From Camelus dromedarius (taxonomy: Eukaryota): DNA of 64,000 bases. Made by a program: the position numbers and the translations under genes. The notes beneath the pieces were generated by a model that was given only the letters and a program-made list of their open reading frames with translations, did no database searches and was not told where the DNA came from. The stretch is from NCBI RefSeq assembly GCF_036321535.1, contig NC_087436.1, positions 29,142,001-29,206,000 on the forward strand, written 5' to 3'. This document shows, in pieces, positions 23,670 to 37,723 of this stretch (positions are counted from its first letter, which is position 1; every line of letters starts with the position of its first letter).

Positions 23670-26600
23670 ACTCTTTCTAATTGAAATAAAATTTACGTAA
23701 AATAGTATGTATCATACGAAGTTCAATAAGTTTTCCAAATCAGATTTTTCATGTAACTCATACACCCAAATCAAGATTTTGAACATTTCGGTCATCCCAG
23801 AAAATTCGTCCATGTTCTCCAATCAAACTCTACCCACCACACAGAGACAAGCACTCTACTGATTTTTAGCTCTATAGATTAGATTAACTGATCTAGGATA
23901 TCATCAAACAAATGAATATACAGTATGTACTCTTGTTTTGGCTTTTATATTTAACAATATGTTTTTGATGTTGATTCATTTGTTTTATGAATTAATAAAT
24001 AGTTTCTTTGATTGTTGATTACTTTTTGATAAAATAAATTTATCACAGTCTGTTTATTCATTCAATTGTTAGTGAACATTTTGTATTTTCTCCCAGTTTT
24101 TTGGTTAAATGAATAAAGATAAATTAACAGTTATTGTATACATATTTTTACTTCTTTTGGGTAGCTGGAATTGTTAAGTCACAGGTAGGCTTATTTTTAC
24201 TTTGTAACTGATAAATAGGATTTTATAGTATTTGAATCATTTTATACACCTACCAGTAGTATATTGGAGTTACAGTCACTACACATCCTAGTTCTGATGT
24301 CTTTTTATTTGCACTGTCCTAGTGAGTGTGACATAGAGTCTCATTATGATTTTAGTTTGCATTTTCCTGATACGTAAATGCTTTAAATACCTTTCTGTTT
24401 CTTTGTGGGACAGTCACACATCTCTTTTGGAGTGTTTCCTAGAGTGTTTACTCATTTTACAACTATAAAGTTTGCCCTTTAGTATTTATTAATAAGAATT
24501 CTTTTTATGTTTTCTATAGAAAGTTCTTTGTTAGGGATATGTATTCGGAATATTTCCTCTGCAGTTACTGGTTTTCTTTTTCATTTTCTTAATGGGCTAT
24601 CTTCATGGGTAGGGTATTTTTAATGCTAATGGTGTCCAATTAATTTCTTTTTCCTCTTAGATAAGTTCAATTTGTCCTGTAAATAAAAATGTTTTACTGA
24701 GCCAGGCTTATGAACATATTCTACTAGCTTTTATTTTACAAGATTTTTAGTTTTAGCCTTTACATCTAAGATCCATTTTATAGACCTTATATTCCATTTC
24801 TAGCTCTATCCACTTCCTACTAATTTTTTCATTAATGTTAATGTTCATGCCTTACAATCATGTCATTTGCAAATAAAGAGAGTTGGATTTCTTCTTTTCC
24901 ATCTTCATAAACCCTCTATCTTTTTTTTGTCATTTTACACAGGCAAGGCCTTCAAGGAACTAGCTAAAGTAACAATTGTACTTTTTTTTAGGGTATGAAC
25001 ATTTATATTTCACCATTAATGATGAGAAAGTCATTTTCTAGTTCTGATTTGCTGAGAGGTTTTATCCAGAAAACATATTTAATTTTGGCAGGTGGCAAGT
25101 GCTTCTTCTTCATTTAGGTAGATGATGCATTTTTTTTCCTTTAATATTTTACTACGGTGATTTATATCAGTTGATCTTCAAATGTTAAACCAACCTTTTC
25201 TTCCTAGGTTTAATTCCTTTAGTCATGTTCTATTAAGTTTTTTTTTATCTATCACTATATTCAATTTACTAATATTTCTTGAGAATTTTTATCTAAATCC
25301 TTGAAGGATATTGATCCAAAATTTTTAAAGTAATTTCTTTGTCAGGTTTTGACAAAAGAATTAATTGACTTAGAGAGTCTTCTCTTTAATCAGTAAGTTT
25401 GTTTAAATATTTGTAAGATTTTACTAGTAAAACTGAGCATTCTTGTTGGAACATTTTTAAATTATAAGTTCCTTTAAAAAAAGATAAAGGCATATTCAGT
25501 CTTTCTGTTTCTTCTTCAGATAGTTTTGGCAAGCTGTACATTTCAAGTAGTTGTGCATTTCTTCTAATTTCCCTCTAATTTCTTCTAATTGCCATAACCT
25601 TATTTGTAATATTTGTTACCATACACTTTATATTTATGGAATAATATGTAGTAATAATTTTTATTTCTGAAGTTGAAAATTCTTTCTTGAATAGTTTTGC
25701 TATATATCTGACAATTCCATTTTAATCATTTTAAAGAACTAACTTTGGTCACTGATTTTTTGTTTTTTTCTATTTCATTGTTTTTTGCTGTTACTTTTTT
25801 TTTCTAAACAAGTTTAATTTATACTTATATCTTCTGTAATATAATCTTCTAGCTTCTTTAATTTACTCCTGTAGTTTCTTAAGTTGAAAACTTAGCTCAT
25901 AGATTTTAAACCTTTCTTTCTTTGTAATATAAGCATTTAAAGCTATACATTTCCCTCTATTCACATATTTAGTTTCATCCCTAATTTTTTTTATGTATTA
26001 TACTTTAGCTCTAATTTAGCTAGAGATATTTTTTATTTTCTCTTATTATTTATTTTTCAATTAATACGCTATTTAGGAGTATATTGGTTTTCCAGATATT
26101 TGAGGAAATAACTAGGTATCTTCTTGATTTCTAGTTTAAGTTTGTTGGGATCATAATAGATACTCTGTAGGATTTTAAGACTTTGAAATTTATTTAGTTT
26201 GTTTTATGGTCTGATATTTCTTATAATGTCTATAGTTCTATAAATATATTGTGTTATTCAGATCTTCTATGTCATTTTATTTTTTCTACCTTCCTTATCA
26301 GTTGCTGAGAAATAGATGTTAAATACTCCACTATAATTGTAGATTTATCCTTTCTTAACTTTAGTGCTGTTAATTTTGCTTTCATGAATTTTGATGCTGT
26401 ATATTTAGTACATATTTAAGAATATTCAACTGGCTGTTTTGTCTTTATAAAGTGACCTTCTTTATCTCTGGTTACACTTCTTGTCCTGAAGTCTAGTTTG
26501 TCTGATGCTAATGGATCCACATTAACTTTATGAGTTTAGATTTGCATGCTTTATCTTTGTCATAATTTGACTTTTAACCTTTCCATGTCTTTGTATTTAA

Positions 26601-26900
26601 AGTGCATCATTGGGAAGCATGTAGTTATATATTCCTTTTTTAAAATCTTGACAGTTACTGTCTTTTAATTGGAGTATTTAGTCTATTTACATGTAATATA
26701 ATTACTATGTTTAAAATCCATCTTTTTTTTCCTACATAGTTTCTAATTGTTTTCTATGTTCTTTAATTCTTTTTTCTTCTTTTCTGCCTTTGCTAGGCTT
26801 AATTGAATAATTTTAGTTTCTAATTTTGTCATTCTTTCTATTTTAATGGTTTCTTTTTTTTAAATTATTTTTATTTGCTATACTTTTTTATTGTTTACTC
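23670..26900 (-). mobile_element. Ancient L1 (L1ME-type) 3' UTR and degraded ORF2
   Basis: Long T-rich antisense L1 with recognisable remnants (ATCATGTCATTTGCAAATAAAGA, TCAAATGTTAAACCAACCTT, CTCCACTATAATTGTAGATTTATC, TTTAGTCTATTTACATGTAAT). Confidence 0.75.
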
Positions 26901-26973
26901 TAGGAAGAATGGGAAGTTTTGCTGTAAGAACAGAAGTTACTAAGCAGTATGAGATTATAATTTAAGATTGATG

Positions 26974-27427
26974 TATTATAGTGAATAATGGCCCCCAAAT
27001 ATATTGAGGTCCAAATCATTGGAAACTGTGAATGTTACCTTACAGGGCAAAACTGACTTTAGAAATGTGACTGTACAGATCTTGTGATGGGAAGATTATC
27101 CCTAGGTTATCCCAGTGGGCCCCAAATGTAATCATAAGTGAATTTACCGGAGGGAGGCAGAGGGAGATTTGGTAACAGAACAGAAGAAGACAATGTGACC
27201 ACTGAAGCAGGATCCTACCGGCCGACCCCAGAAGCTAAGAAAGGCAAGGAAACAGGTTCTCCTCTAGAACCTCCAAAGGGTACAGCCCTGTTGATGACTT
27301 GATTTCAGTCCAGTAAAACCTATTTCAGACTTACGATGTATAAAACTGTAAGAGAATAAATGTGTATTGTTTAAAGCCCCCAAATCTGTAGTAATTTGTT
27401 ACAGCTGACTTAAAAACCAATTAGATA
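26974..27427 (+). mobile_element. MaLR solo LTR, MLT1D-like
   Basis: GAATAATGGCCCCCAAA..CTGTGAATGTTACCTTACAGGGCAAAA..GATGGGAAGATTATCC..AGGCAAGGAAACAGGTTCTCCTCTAGAACCTCC..GTAATTTGTTACAGC. Confidence 0.88.
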
Positions 27428-27989
27428 GGACCTTGTATTTGGAATGGGACCAAATATAAATGACTGTTAAGCTTTCTAGTGTTTAGCACTGTCATTTCTT
27501 ACCTTGAAAGGTTATCTTAGATATTTGCTACCAATGTAAAGGTATGAAACTGTCAGAATTCATCATACACATGAGAAATACAAAGATTTGATATAGAAAG
27601 AATGTGTCCATTATATTTTATAATTATCTTTTGCTACAAAAAAGTTAATTTTAGAAGGCAAAGGTGATTTCTTATGTCAAAACAAATTATCCATTCTGTT
27701 AAACTCACTATGCCAACAATATTTATAATGTGGAATATTCATCTTTGTCATCTCTCTAACCAAATTAATCTTAACATTCTGGACTTGTAGACTGACAGAA
27801 CTAGAAAAGTTCTTGGCCAGAGCCCTCAATTGAGAGAGGAAATGCAAGCCTAGAAATATTAAATTAAGCACTCTGATTCTAAGGTGGTAAAAGCTACAAA
27901 TCAGAATAATTTTCTCTCAAATCCTAGAGGAGTAATTTAAAAACTTTATATCATTTAAAAATATATATTGGTATTCCTCATTTAGTTGA

Positions 27990-28460
27990 AAAGTCCTGTT
28001 TCAGGCAGGAAAACAACAGCCATTCCAGGATTTTGGAGAAGAAAGGACTTAACATAGGCCATTTTAGGCTCACCTAACCATTGTTGGAAGGGTTGGGTGA
28101 AGGTCAGGGAAGAAGTTCCTAAAAGTCATTGATTCACAGGACACACATGGAAGCCACAGTAAATTTCATCAATCTCACCAGGATATTGTTAGCTGTTAGA
28201 GCAGGCCACTGTCCTGCACTGTCTCTGAAGTGGTGGTGGTGGGTGTCAGTGTTCTTGGTGAGACCTTGCACTTCCATTCTTAGCTGCTGGCAGCACCAGA
28301 ACATGAGAATCTCAAGGTTGACCTTCTGTGCAAGATCTGCTCCCACCTGCCCCCGAGATGATTTCTCCTTCCATGTTCTAAATCTGGCATAAGCAATGAT
28401 AGTAGGTTGAATACAGATTTTTTCCTTTGAATTCTTTAAAGTTCAAGAAATTTTATTTGT
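27990..28460 (-). mobile_element. Ancient ERV-type LTR remnant, family uncertain
   Basis: AGTCCTGTTTCAGGCAGGAAAACAACAGCCATTCCAGGATTT..AAGGACTTAACATAGG resembles the antisense 3' end of old LTRs, within a GC-richer block. Confidence 0.4.
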
Positions 28461-28779
28461 GTTTATTGATGTAGCCTGTTACTAAAACATAGAGGATGGT
28501 CCTTTACAATCTATTGACTGTGCTGTTCATTTTGTTGTACTGTATTTTGCTTTGACGTTCATCTTCTGGTGCAATCTGAATTTCTTCAGGCCCCATCGGC
28601 CAGTGATATTATAGTGTCATGATAATAAAAATAGAGTAAATCTAAGTTAACTCCCAAACAATCCATATTGGATTTCTAATGCTCACTTTAGTCTATCAGG
28701 GACCACACTTTTTCTCAACATTTTAGCATCTATTATTTCATCTTTGGTTGCCGGTGACTTAGCAAGCATTCTTAGTACC

Positions 28780-29553
28780 CCTCCTCAGAAAGAGTCTGTC
28801 TTGTAGCTTGTTCAGCTATCACCCACTATTGTTATAGTCCTATTAATGTGGTGTTAGGTGTTGGGGAGGAGGCTTCTATAACCTTCCAGTTTATCTCAAT
28901 CTTTTAGTAGACCTGTGTTTCTGGCTTCAGAACTTCATACTGTATTCTTCTTGTACAGTTTTTTTCCCTCCTTATGTGAGACAGGAAGTCTGGAGGAGGC
29001 TGAAGTGGGAGGAATGACCTTCTATCAAAGCTTTGGGACAAGACTGTGGTAGAGTCTTCCCAGATGGTAGGCTTTTGTTAGAGGCAATGCTCATGGCATA
29101 GTGGTATAACAAGGATTAATTACTCATCCCTTTCCTCTTCTAGAGCCTTGATGGAATCTTTCTGCATCTTCATCATGAGAACCTAATGGGGCTCTTAAAC
29201 AAAAATCCCATGAAAGTATGAGAATCCCCTGAAGACTGCAGCCCTGAGAAGTTTCTGACTTTCATCTAAAGCTACACTCAGCCTCCAACAAGTCATCAAA
29301 ACTACATTTTAATTGTTCCTCTCAGTTATGGCTCCAATGGCTTCTGCTCAGGGTAAGGAGATCTTTTTTGACTATGACTCCAGGTTCACTTGTTTCTCCA
29401 GATCTCAAGATGGTACTTATCCTGGGACTTCAGTTCTCTGATGGGTCCAAGGAAGTTAATGATTTTTAGTTTGTTCAGTTTTTATTGTTGTACTTGTTGG
29501 GAATGGAGTGAAATCATCAAAGTTCTTTATATCAGGGCTGAAATTAGAAATCC
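28780..29553 (-). mobile_element. Old L1 5' end region (L1M4/L1MD-type)
   Basis: CTTCAGTTCTCTGATGGGTCCAAGGAAGTTAATGATTTTTAGTTTGTTCAG..GGGCTGAAATTAGAAATC matches the recalled antisense 5' terminus of old L1s. Confidence 0.65.
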
Positions 29554-31432
29554 TACCATTGTTTTTTGGAACTCCTTTAGAGTGTTTCAAACATACCTTA
29601 TGGGTGAATTTCTTTCCTACCTGGTATCCTGCTAGGAGGGTCTGAGGAGCAACTTATGGGTAGATTCTTTTTCCAAGGTGGCTTAGAAAGTCTTAATCCT
29701 TGGAAGCAACTTTAACCTCAACTTGCCAGTTATTCAGTAGCTTAGTGGTCTCCGTGGTCTTACCACAGTGTAGCATCCTTATCCTCACAGGTTTGGATTT
29801 CTTTATGTGGTTCTCGCTGTAGCACACTGCTTTCAAAAAAAAAATATATATATATATATATATATGCACACATATACATGCACACGCACACATATGTAGT
29901 TCTATGTAATGATTTTAATTTGTCATGAAAACTTGAAATTGCTTTGAAAATGAAAGCCAGTATTCAGTCAGATGATATTTTGAGAGCTGGGAGTCATCCT
30001 TCTGAAGCACAACTGAAATATTTTGTGGAGAATACTTCTTTTTGCAGAGTGGATGTAGTCACATAAAGTCATATCCCATCCAAGAGTTTAGGGAGAGATT
30101 TTCGGCAAACTGGCAAAATCATGTGCCAAAAAGATGCACTTGGAAGATAAATAAGATTATGTCTCACTTGACAGCTTTACATCAAATATCATCGTTGTGT
30201 TTGCTTGTAATAGGGCCCAGGCAGAAACAAAGGGAGTACTGTCATGCTTACTGTTTTTAATCAAAAATGCTTTTTAAGTTATACTGTTTCCTTCACTCAT
30301 TGTCTGATGTGCTCAGAAAATTTTAAATGTAACATTTCATTTCTAGTGCACATTTGGCCATTTATTTTGCCTTTTTCTTAGAATGATTATTTAAAGAATC
30401 CTAGTGTAGGGTTCTGTTTCCTGACGGGATCTGTAGCTTTATTGACAAACTCTACTTGAGGGGCACAGAAAGACTGGAATTGATAGCAGATCATCTACCA
30501 CCTGTAAAATGGTTTTTATTCTCTATTGCATATATTTCCCATTAGGAGTAGATGAAATTTTTGCCTGAAACAGATGCAAAAACCTTCTTCCTCAAAAGTG
30601 TGCATTTTTCACAGAATCACTAGGTTGCCCACTGCCTACGGAGTGATATTCTGGGAATCCTTTTTTTTTTTTTAAACATTCCATTACAAACTTTGCTGCC
30701 ATACACAGCTTATTTTTCCACACCCTCCCACCCACACATCCACTAACATTAGTTTTCTAAAGTGTGAAACAGGACTTCCTGGTGGCATCTTCACATTTTA
30801 CATAACTGTTGATGAAGCCACTGCTGACACTGGGAATGTCACTGTAAAATCCTGAGACTTTTTGGAGGAAAGAAAAGTGTTATCCAATTATTTGCTCAAA
30901 ATATAGCGCCAGCAAGTTACTGAGAAGGCAGTGTCAACCGAACTGTCAGCTCTTCAAATTCCATGACCTATCAGTTTGAGGCAACTTCCTTGCTAAAAAG
31001 CCTTTATTAAACAACTTAAAAACTATGAATTATATAGAGTTTTGCTCATTTAGGAGACAAGAAGGAATTATCTACTCAGCAAAAAAATGAGGTGATATGA
31101 TTTAAATTGGTTGGCTTCACAGTCGGAATCCAGTAGATGGTTGCAGAGCTCAGTTTGTGTGAGGTAGTTCTTACATTATTATGCTCTGAAAGAATTATTT
31201 TACAGGCGTATCTGTAACAGCTTTAGAGAATGGCAGTTCTCTGAGTAGTTCAGGACAAAAAAATTGCTGTAGGTTGGATTCCTCTGATCATTGAAGGGAG
31301 CTGATGGTTCTCTGTTATTCTTCATTTACATCCCTCCAGTCAGTTACAAGCCCTCTTATCTCTGTTTACAGTTCTAGACAGTTAATTTTAAATCTTTAAT
31401 TTTGCCATTTAAAATGGTTGATGTCAGATTTT

Positions 31433-32678
31433 TTTTAAATGAAATATAGTTGGTGTTTTTAATGAAATAATGTTTCATCAAATAATATAGTTTTTAATGA
31501 AATAATGTGTTAAGTTCTGTCGCACAGTATAGTGATTTAGTTATACACACACACACACACAAACACACATATATGTTTTCATATTCTTTTTCATTATAGG
31601 CTATTACAAGATATTGAGTATTTCCCTGTGCTGTACAGTATGAACTTGTTGTTTATTTTATATATAGTAATTAGTATCTGCAATCTCAAACTCCCAATTT
31701 ATTCTTCCATCCCCCTCTTCCACCTCGGTAACTGTAAGTTTGTTTTCCATGTCTGTGAGTCTGTTTCTGTTTTCTAAATAAGTTCATTTGTCTTTTTTTT
31801 TTTTAGATTCCACATATGAGTGATATATATGGTATTTTTCTTTCTCTTTCTGGCTAACTTCACTTAGTATGACAATCTCCATGTCCATCTATGTTGCTGC
31901 AAATGGCATTATTTTATTCTTCTTTTATGGCTGAGTAGTATTCCATTGTGTAAATATACCACAGCTTCTTTATCCAGTCATCTGACGATGGACATTCAGG
32001 TTGTTTCTATGTCTCAACTATTGTATATAGTACTGCTATGAACATTGAGATGCATGTATCTTTTTGAATTAGGGTTCCCTCTGGATATATGCCCAGGAGT
32101 GGGATTGCTGGATCATATAGCAAGTCTATTTTTAGTTCTTTGAGGAATCTCATACTGTTTTCCATAATGGCTCACCAAACTACATTCCTACCAACAGTGT
32201 AGGAGGGTTTCCTTTTCTCTACACCCTCTTTAGCATTTATCATTTGTGGACTTTTGAATAATGGCCATTCTTACTGGTGTGAGGTGATACCTCATTGTAG
32301 TTTTGATTTGCATTTCTCTTGTAATTTATGATATTTAGCATTTTTTCAGGTGTTTATTGGTCATTTGTACGTCTTCATTAGAGAAATGTTTGTTTAGGTG
32401 TTCTGCCCGTCTTTGGATTGGGTTGTTTGTTTTTTTCTTACTAAGTTATATGAGCTGTTTGTATATTCTGGAAATTAAGCCCTTGTTAGTCACATCATTT
32501 ACAAATATTTTCTCCCATTGTGTAGGTAGTCATTTTGTTTTACTTATGGTTTCCTTTGCTGTGCAAAAGCTTATAACTTTAATTAGGCCCCATTTGTTTA
32601 TTTTTGCTTTTATTTCTATTGCCTGGGTAGAATGCCCTAGGAGAACGTTGCTGAGATTTATGTCAGAGAATGTTTTGC
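31433..32678 (-). mobile_element. Camelid-type L1 3' fragment (~1.25 kb: ORF2 C-terminus plus 3' UTR)
   Basis: Antisense L1 (GGATATATGCCCAGGAGTGGGATTGCTGGATCATAT; TTCCTTTGCTGTGCAAAAGCTT). Probable degenerate TSD GTTGATGTCAGATTTT (31417-31432) / GCTGATATCAGATCTT (32677-32692). Confidence 0.92.
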
Positions 32679-33559
32679 TGATATCAGATCTTGATTGGAA
32701 AGGCATAATTTTCCTCTAAACTAGCTAAACAGAGAGGGAGAAGAAAGCCTTTACATGAAATTATAATTTTAAACAGAGCCAAAATTGAGATTATTTTCAT
32801 TTATTAAAAAAATTAAAGATTGTGATAAAATGCAGATGGCTCATGGGTTATTTTCTTTTTCCTGTCAAGGTGGAGAAATACAAGCTATGTTAGTAATGTG
32901 GAATTATAGCAATAACCATTATCTGTGCAGAGACATATTTGTTCTGGAGTTCTTTGATCCTTTTGCTTTTCATAATTTATGTCATAACTTCTTATTCTTA
33001 CTTTCCCTTAAATACTCGGTCAGATGCTTAAAAGCTGGGTTTATGTTATAGTTTGTTTTGTTTTAACCGTGCAGCCACTGATGGAAATTTCTACATGTGG
33101 GTTTACTGAACCACTTACAGCATTTTCAGTACCATTTCCTGAATCTTGGACTGTATCGACTGATTCTACATGGCAGATACTGCAGAGGGAACTAGATTAC
33201 ATTGCTGACATTGTGTGTGTAGACTTAAGCAAACACACATATCCATGTCCTCTATTACCTAGGAAAGTTTTAGAAATGGCTATAAATTTCTACTCTAAGT
33301 ATTAGCCATGAAAGACTATTAGTACTTTCTATGTAGGAAATGTTGGAAATGAAGCTTTCTTGCTTTATTTCTTGTAATGTCTTCTGAATTTGAAATATAT
33401 AAACACACATGTGTATATACATTATATATATCTATCATATATAACTTCTATTAAAAATAAAACATTAAATATAAAATTGCTAGTAAGAAAAAAAATAAAA
33501 CCACTTAGATATATAGGTAAGTAATATTTTTTTATTATTATTATTTTCCGTGTATGATT

Positions 33560-33770
33560 TTAAGATTTTTATATATATTAACTTATTTAATCCTCATAAC
33601 TACCTTATAAAAAACGTAATAAATATCTTGCTTTTTAGCAAATGAGAAGATTCAGGCACAAAGAAGTTAAATAAGATGCCCAGAATATACAGCTAGTTGA
33701 GAATTAGAGTCCGATTCCAAAGATAGGCAATATTTCTCAGAAGTCAGAGTTATTAATTCCATATTATAAT
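33560..33770 (-). mobile_element. MIR SINE
   Basis: TATATTAACTTATTTAATCCTCATAACTACCTTAT..GCAAATGAGAAGATTCAGGCACAAAGAAGTTAAATAAGATGCCCAG. Confidence 0.8.
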
Positions 33771-34057
33771 GACCTTTTATTTCTACAGTTCCATTACTTT
33801 GAAATAATGAGTTTTAATAATATTGTATAAATTGCTAAGTTATTCTCGTTGTTGTTCCCTGTGTGTATAATCAGTTAATAACATATTATTTCAAACTTTG
33901 CTTTCCTAATTAGTGATTTCTCATCCCAACGTTTTTATTTCATTTCAATTTATTTTATTTATTTATTTTTATTTTACCAGTATTTATAAAATACTCTTTT
34001 ATAATGCGATTTTAATAAGTATAGTTCAGGCTGTATGTTTCCAATATGTTGGAACAT

Positions 34058-34552
34058 TGTGCCCAGACTGCTACTTTTTTCCCAGTATGTGTTCTAACAT
34101 TCTTACCTGATAATAGAATGAATAAGTAGACATATGCCTCCCTGAAGACAACTTACATATTTTATCCCCTCTAATACTTAGGTGTGCCCATTGGGTTGTA
34201 ATTAGAAAATGTCCTGTGGTTGCTTCCATAAACTTTCTTTAAAGATAAGACTCTTGTCTATTTTCATTTGTATCTTCCTTTTTCCTCTATGTGGAAGGCA
34301 GAGAATATGGCTGGAGCTGCATCAACCACTTGGACTATGAGGTTACACTAAGAGTGGATTTAGCACAGGGCTAATCAACGCAAAAGAAATAGCCTGATTT
34401 TCTGAGGACTTGATAGACCAAATCCTCCATAACAGACCCGGGATTTTGTTCCTCAAAATACTTATGTGAGAAAGCAGTGAACTTCTATTTTTGGTAACAC
34501 TAAGATTGTGAGTATCTGTTACAACCAAAATGGGCAGAAATACCACTCTATA
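34058..34552 (+). mobile_element. MaLR solo LTR, MLT1J-like
   Basis: ATGGCTGGAGCTGCATCAACCACTTGGACTATGAGG and CTTATGTGAGAAAG..AACTTCTATTTTTGGTAACACT..TCTGTTAC are MLT1J-type blocks. Confidence 0.65.
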
Positions 34553-36749
34553 CTTATGCCAGATTTCTGTGCAAATAGAGATTGCTACACTGCTAAATCA
34601 AAACTGAGTAACATTGGGCATATGTTTTTAGAGGAGAATTTTCACTAACTGGCAGAGATCCTTCTCCGTGGCACCAATGTAATCACTCTGAGCCAGTGTG
34701 CTCACACAGGCAGGGTGGTAGTGGTGGGAGTGGACCAGAAGTAGAATTTTTTAATCTGGATAAAATGATTTTTCAGAGTAGAATTGTTATCGTCCCCCTT
34801 TCCTCACCACCCCCTGCCCATCATGCTCTTGTCCACGATCACTATGCTGGCTTTTACTGGTCCATTTTTCACCAAGGAATCTGAATCATGAGTAATGCCT
34901 ACCTGTCACTGCTAATTATTAATTAACTTATCTTTTTAGATTGGCAGAGTTTGACTAAGAGTAGATATAAAAACACTCCTGTAGACATTTCATAGCAAAC
35001 AGTGCTCTAATGTGCTATAGTATTTAAATTAAAATATAGATTGGGATCCACTCTTTTCTTAGTAGAAACAGTCACAGCACTTTACAGGAAACTACATAGG
35101 AGCAGCAACGTAGGATGTGTGCCTTTTCTCACTCTTTATGTTTGAATATCAGTAACAGAACTTAAAGAAATAAACCAGTACAATATTTCTTGCCAATTCA
35201 CTTTTCCCTTGTGTGAAACACATTTATATGTGCACATCATCTATGCAATAACTAATAGAATATAGTGTATAATTTGTTGATTAATACCTTATCATCATGA
35301 TATATTTTCTTAATACAAAGATGTATGTCTTTGATTTGTCTTAACCCAGGTTTCCACATGCAAAATGAAGTGAAATATTTTGGTACATTTTTATGCTATA
35401 TTGTTATGAATTACACATTTAAGATAAAAATTTTTTAGCCTAGCATTAGAGGGGTAGTTGATTATGTAACTCATTTTATATTGTTAGTACAGACTAAGAC
35501 ATATTTTAAGACAATGAGTAAAAAGAGGAAAAAGTTTACCTTTTAAATATTCAGTAAGCAAACTTAAATCAAACATATATATTCATCAAACTAATTACAC
35601 GTCAAGTACAATCAGATGTGATAGGCGTTAGATTGAAATCAAATCAAAGCTTTTATAGTTAAATAATTGAAAATTCTTTTAATATGCAAAATTGATGAAA
35701 ATTGTAAATATCACATTGAATGATCATTCAGTGATTACATAGCTCACAGTTGAGCTTTAGGTGACATTTAAATTCCCAGACGTCTGAAACACAGAAGTTC
35801 TATGTAGAATGAAAGCATAATACTTTAAAATTGTATCTGAATGTGGAAATTATTTTACCATCACAAAATTGCTCATTCTGTTGTGACATTTATGAAATAC
35901 AGCATAAATATATCTTGTGTTCTTTTCTTTACTACTTTAAAGGATTTACACTACTCATGAGTATAGCTCAATTGGACACTGTTCTGGATATGCTCTGTAT
36001 TTTTCTTAATTATGAGGCATATATGTCCACAAAGAATATCATGTTTAAAAAACTTTTTAAAATGTTGTCCAGTTTTGTAAATTAGACATATGGCCTATAA
36101 TATAGTTATTGGGATTTAAATTCCTGCAAACAAACACCACATAGTTTGACCATGTAGGTAGATCTATGACTGACCATGAATCCAGAGAAATCTTGTATGT
36201 TATGCTGTTCTGTTGCCTACTCACTCATTCAGTCATGTAAATAATTCGATCTATTAGAATAAAATGCAAATGAGTCTAAGTGTTTATTGGAAGATTTGGG
36301 TAAGATAATTAGTAATTTTTTATGATTAAGAATTTTCCTATTTTAAGTGAATATTTCACGGTTATTGAGAACATTTCAGAGACTCCTAGCAATGTTTTCA
36401 TGTTTCATGTTTCATCAGTTTCAAGAAAACTCATTCTCAATGTACAGAAGAAAACTGATTCTAAATGAATATAGCAAGTAAATATTTAACATTTGCTGCT
36501 TTAAATATGTACTTTTGGAACTTCTTGCTCTGATAGAGTGCTTTCTTAGGAAAGTAAAATGAAGAAAAATATTGGGCTGCTTAAAGATATAGCGAACTTA
36601 AATTGAAAGTGTATTACTTTTTTTATGGTGCATTTTTGAAGTTAGTATTACCAAAATGTCCTATAATTTATCAATATTTAAAAACAAAAACTCCAGTGGA
36701 ATTTTATTATTGCTGCTCTTTTCTTCTCATCACATATGGTCTGCCTAGT

Positions 36750-37723
36750 GATTTTCTCTGTCCCATACAGTTATGTTTTCCCCCCAAGTTTCATCTACAT
36801 ATGCAACTGTCTAATCAGCATTTCCATTTTCCCTTAAGAATTTGCATAAGTGAACTTTCTACTTTCTCCTGCTGAATTTACCAGTTTTCCATTATTTCCA
36901 GCTTTAAGGAGTGTTATCACAACTTGCATGATCATGAACGTCAGTAACCAGAAAATGGACCGTAATTCTCTGACCCAAATCGTACGTGTGACCATAGCTT
37001 CTCTCAACTCCCGCTGAAGCACGTGTGCCTGTTCTGTCTGTTACATTAACTTCAGGGTTCGGACAGTTATAATAACTATTCAACTGGTCTCCTAGAATTG
37101 AGTATCTCATCTAATTCATTGATAACAATTTTTATATATTTTTAAAACATAAATATTCCCTGACCTGCTTCAGTTATGTTTGCCTGTAGAAGGAAAAGAA
37201 AATATCCATTTATCTCAATATTGCCTCAGGAGACATCAAGTTCTGCCTCTGCTGACTTGCCAGCATCATCTTTTCCTAAGTTCCCCTCATATATCACCAT
37301 CAAGTATTCAAATTCAGTTCTCAGGGTTTTTTTTTTTTCCTTTCCTGACAAATATTCTCTCTGTTTGAATGTTCCTCCCCACTAAAATTCCCCACCCCCT
37401 GCTATCACCACCATCTCCACACCACCTGTCTCTATGGTTAAAAGCTACTCATCATTCAAGAGTAAGTTCGTATAATCTTCTCTGTGAATTTTCCATTTAT
37501 CCTAGAGATATTATTTACTACTCCTTCTTTTTTGTACAGCTGAACCCTTTGTCTACTTCTGCAGTGGTTTCTGAATCTTAATATTGCATTTTTAGTTTAG
37601 GTATTAGTTTCTCCCTAATAGATTGAAAGCTCACTGGGTTTTGGATTGTGCTTAATTGAGTTCTGTATTCATACTGTTCAACCCAAGGCCTTCAGAAAAT
37701 TGTCATTGAATGAATGAATGAAT
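36750..37723 (+). mobile_element. L2 LINE 3' fragment
   Basis: Pyrimidine-rich L2-like body ending TCTCCCTAATAGATTGAAAGCTC..TTGAATGAATGAATGAAT (the L2 tandem TGAA tail). Confidence 0.65.

Noticed and set aside
30047..30160. Possible exon or mariner transposase C-terminal relic (PIQEFRERFSANWQNH) after a TTCTTTTTGCAG acceptor
   Set aside because: The resemblance covers only a few residues, with no TIRs and no clear donor. It needs a Dfam/tBLASTn search to be credible.
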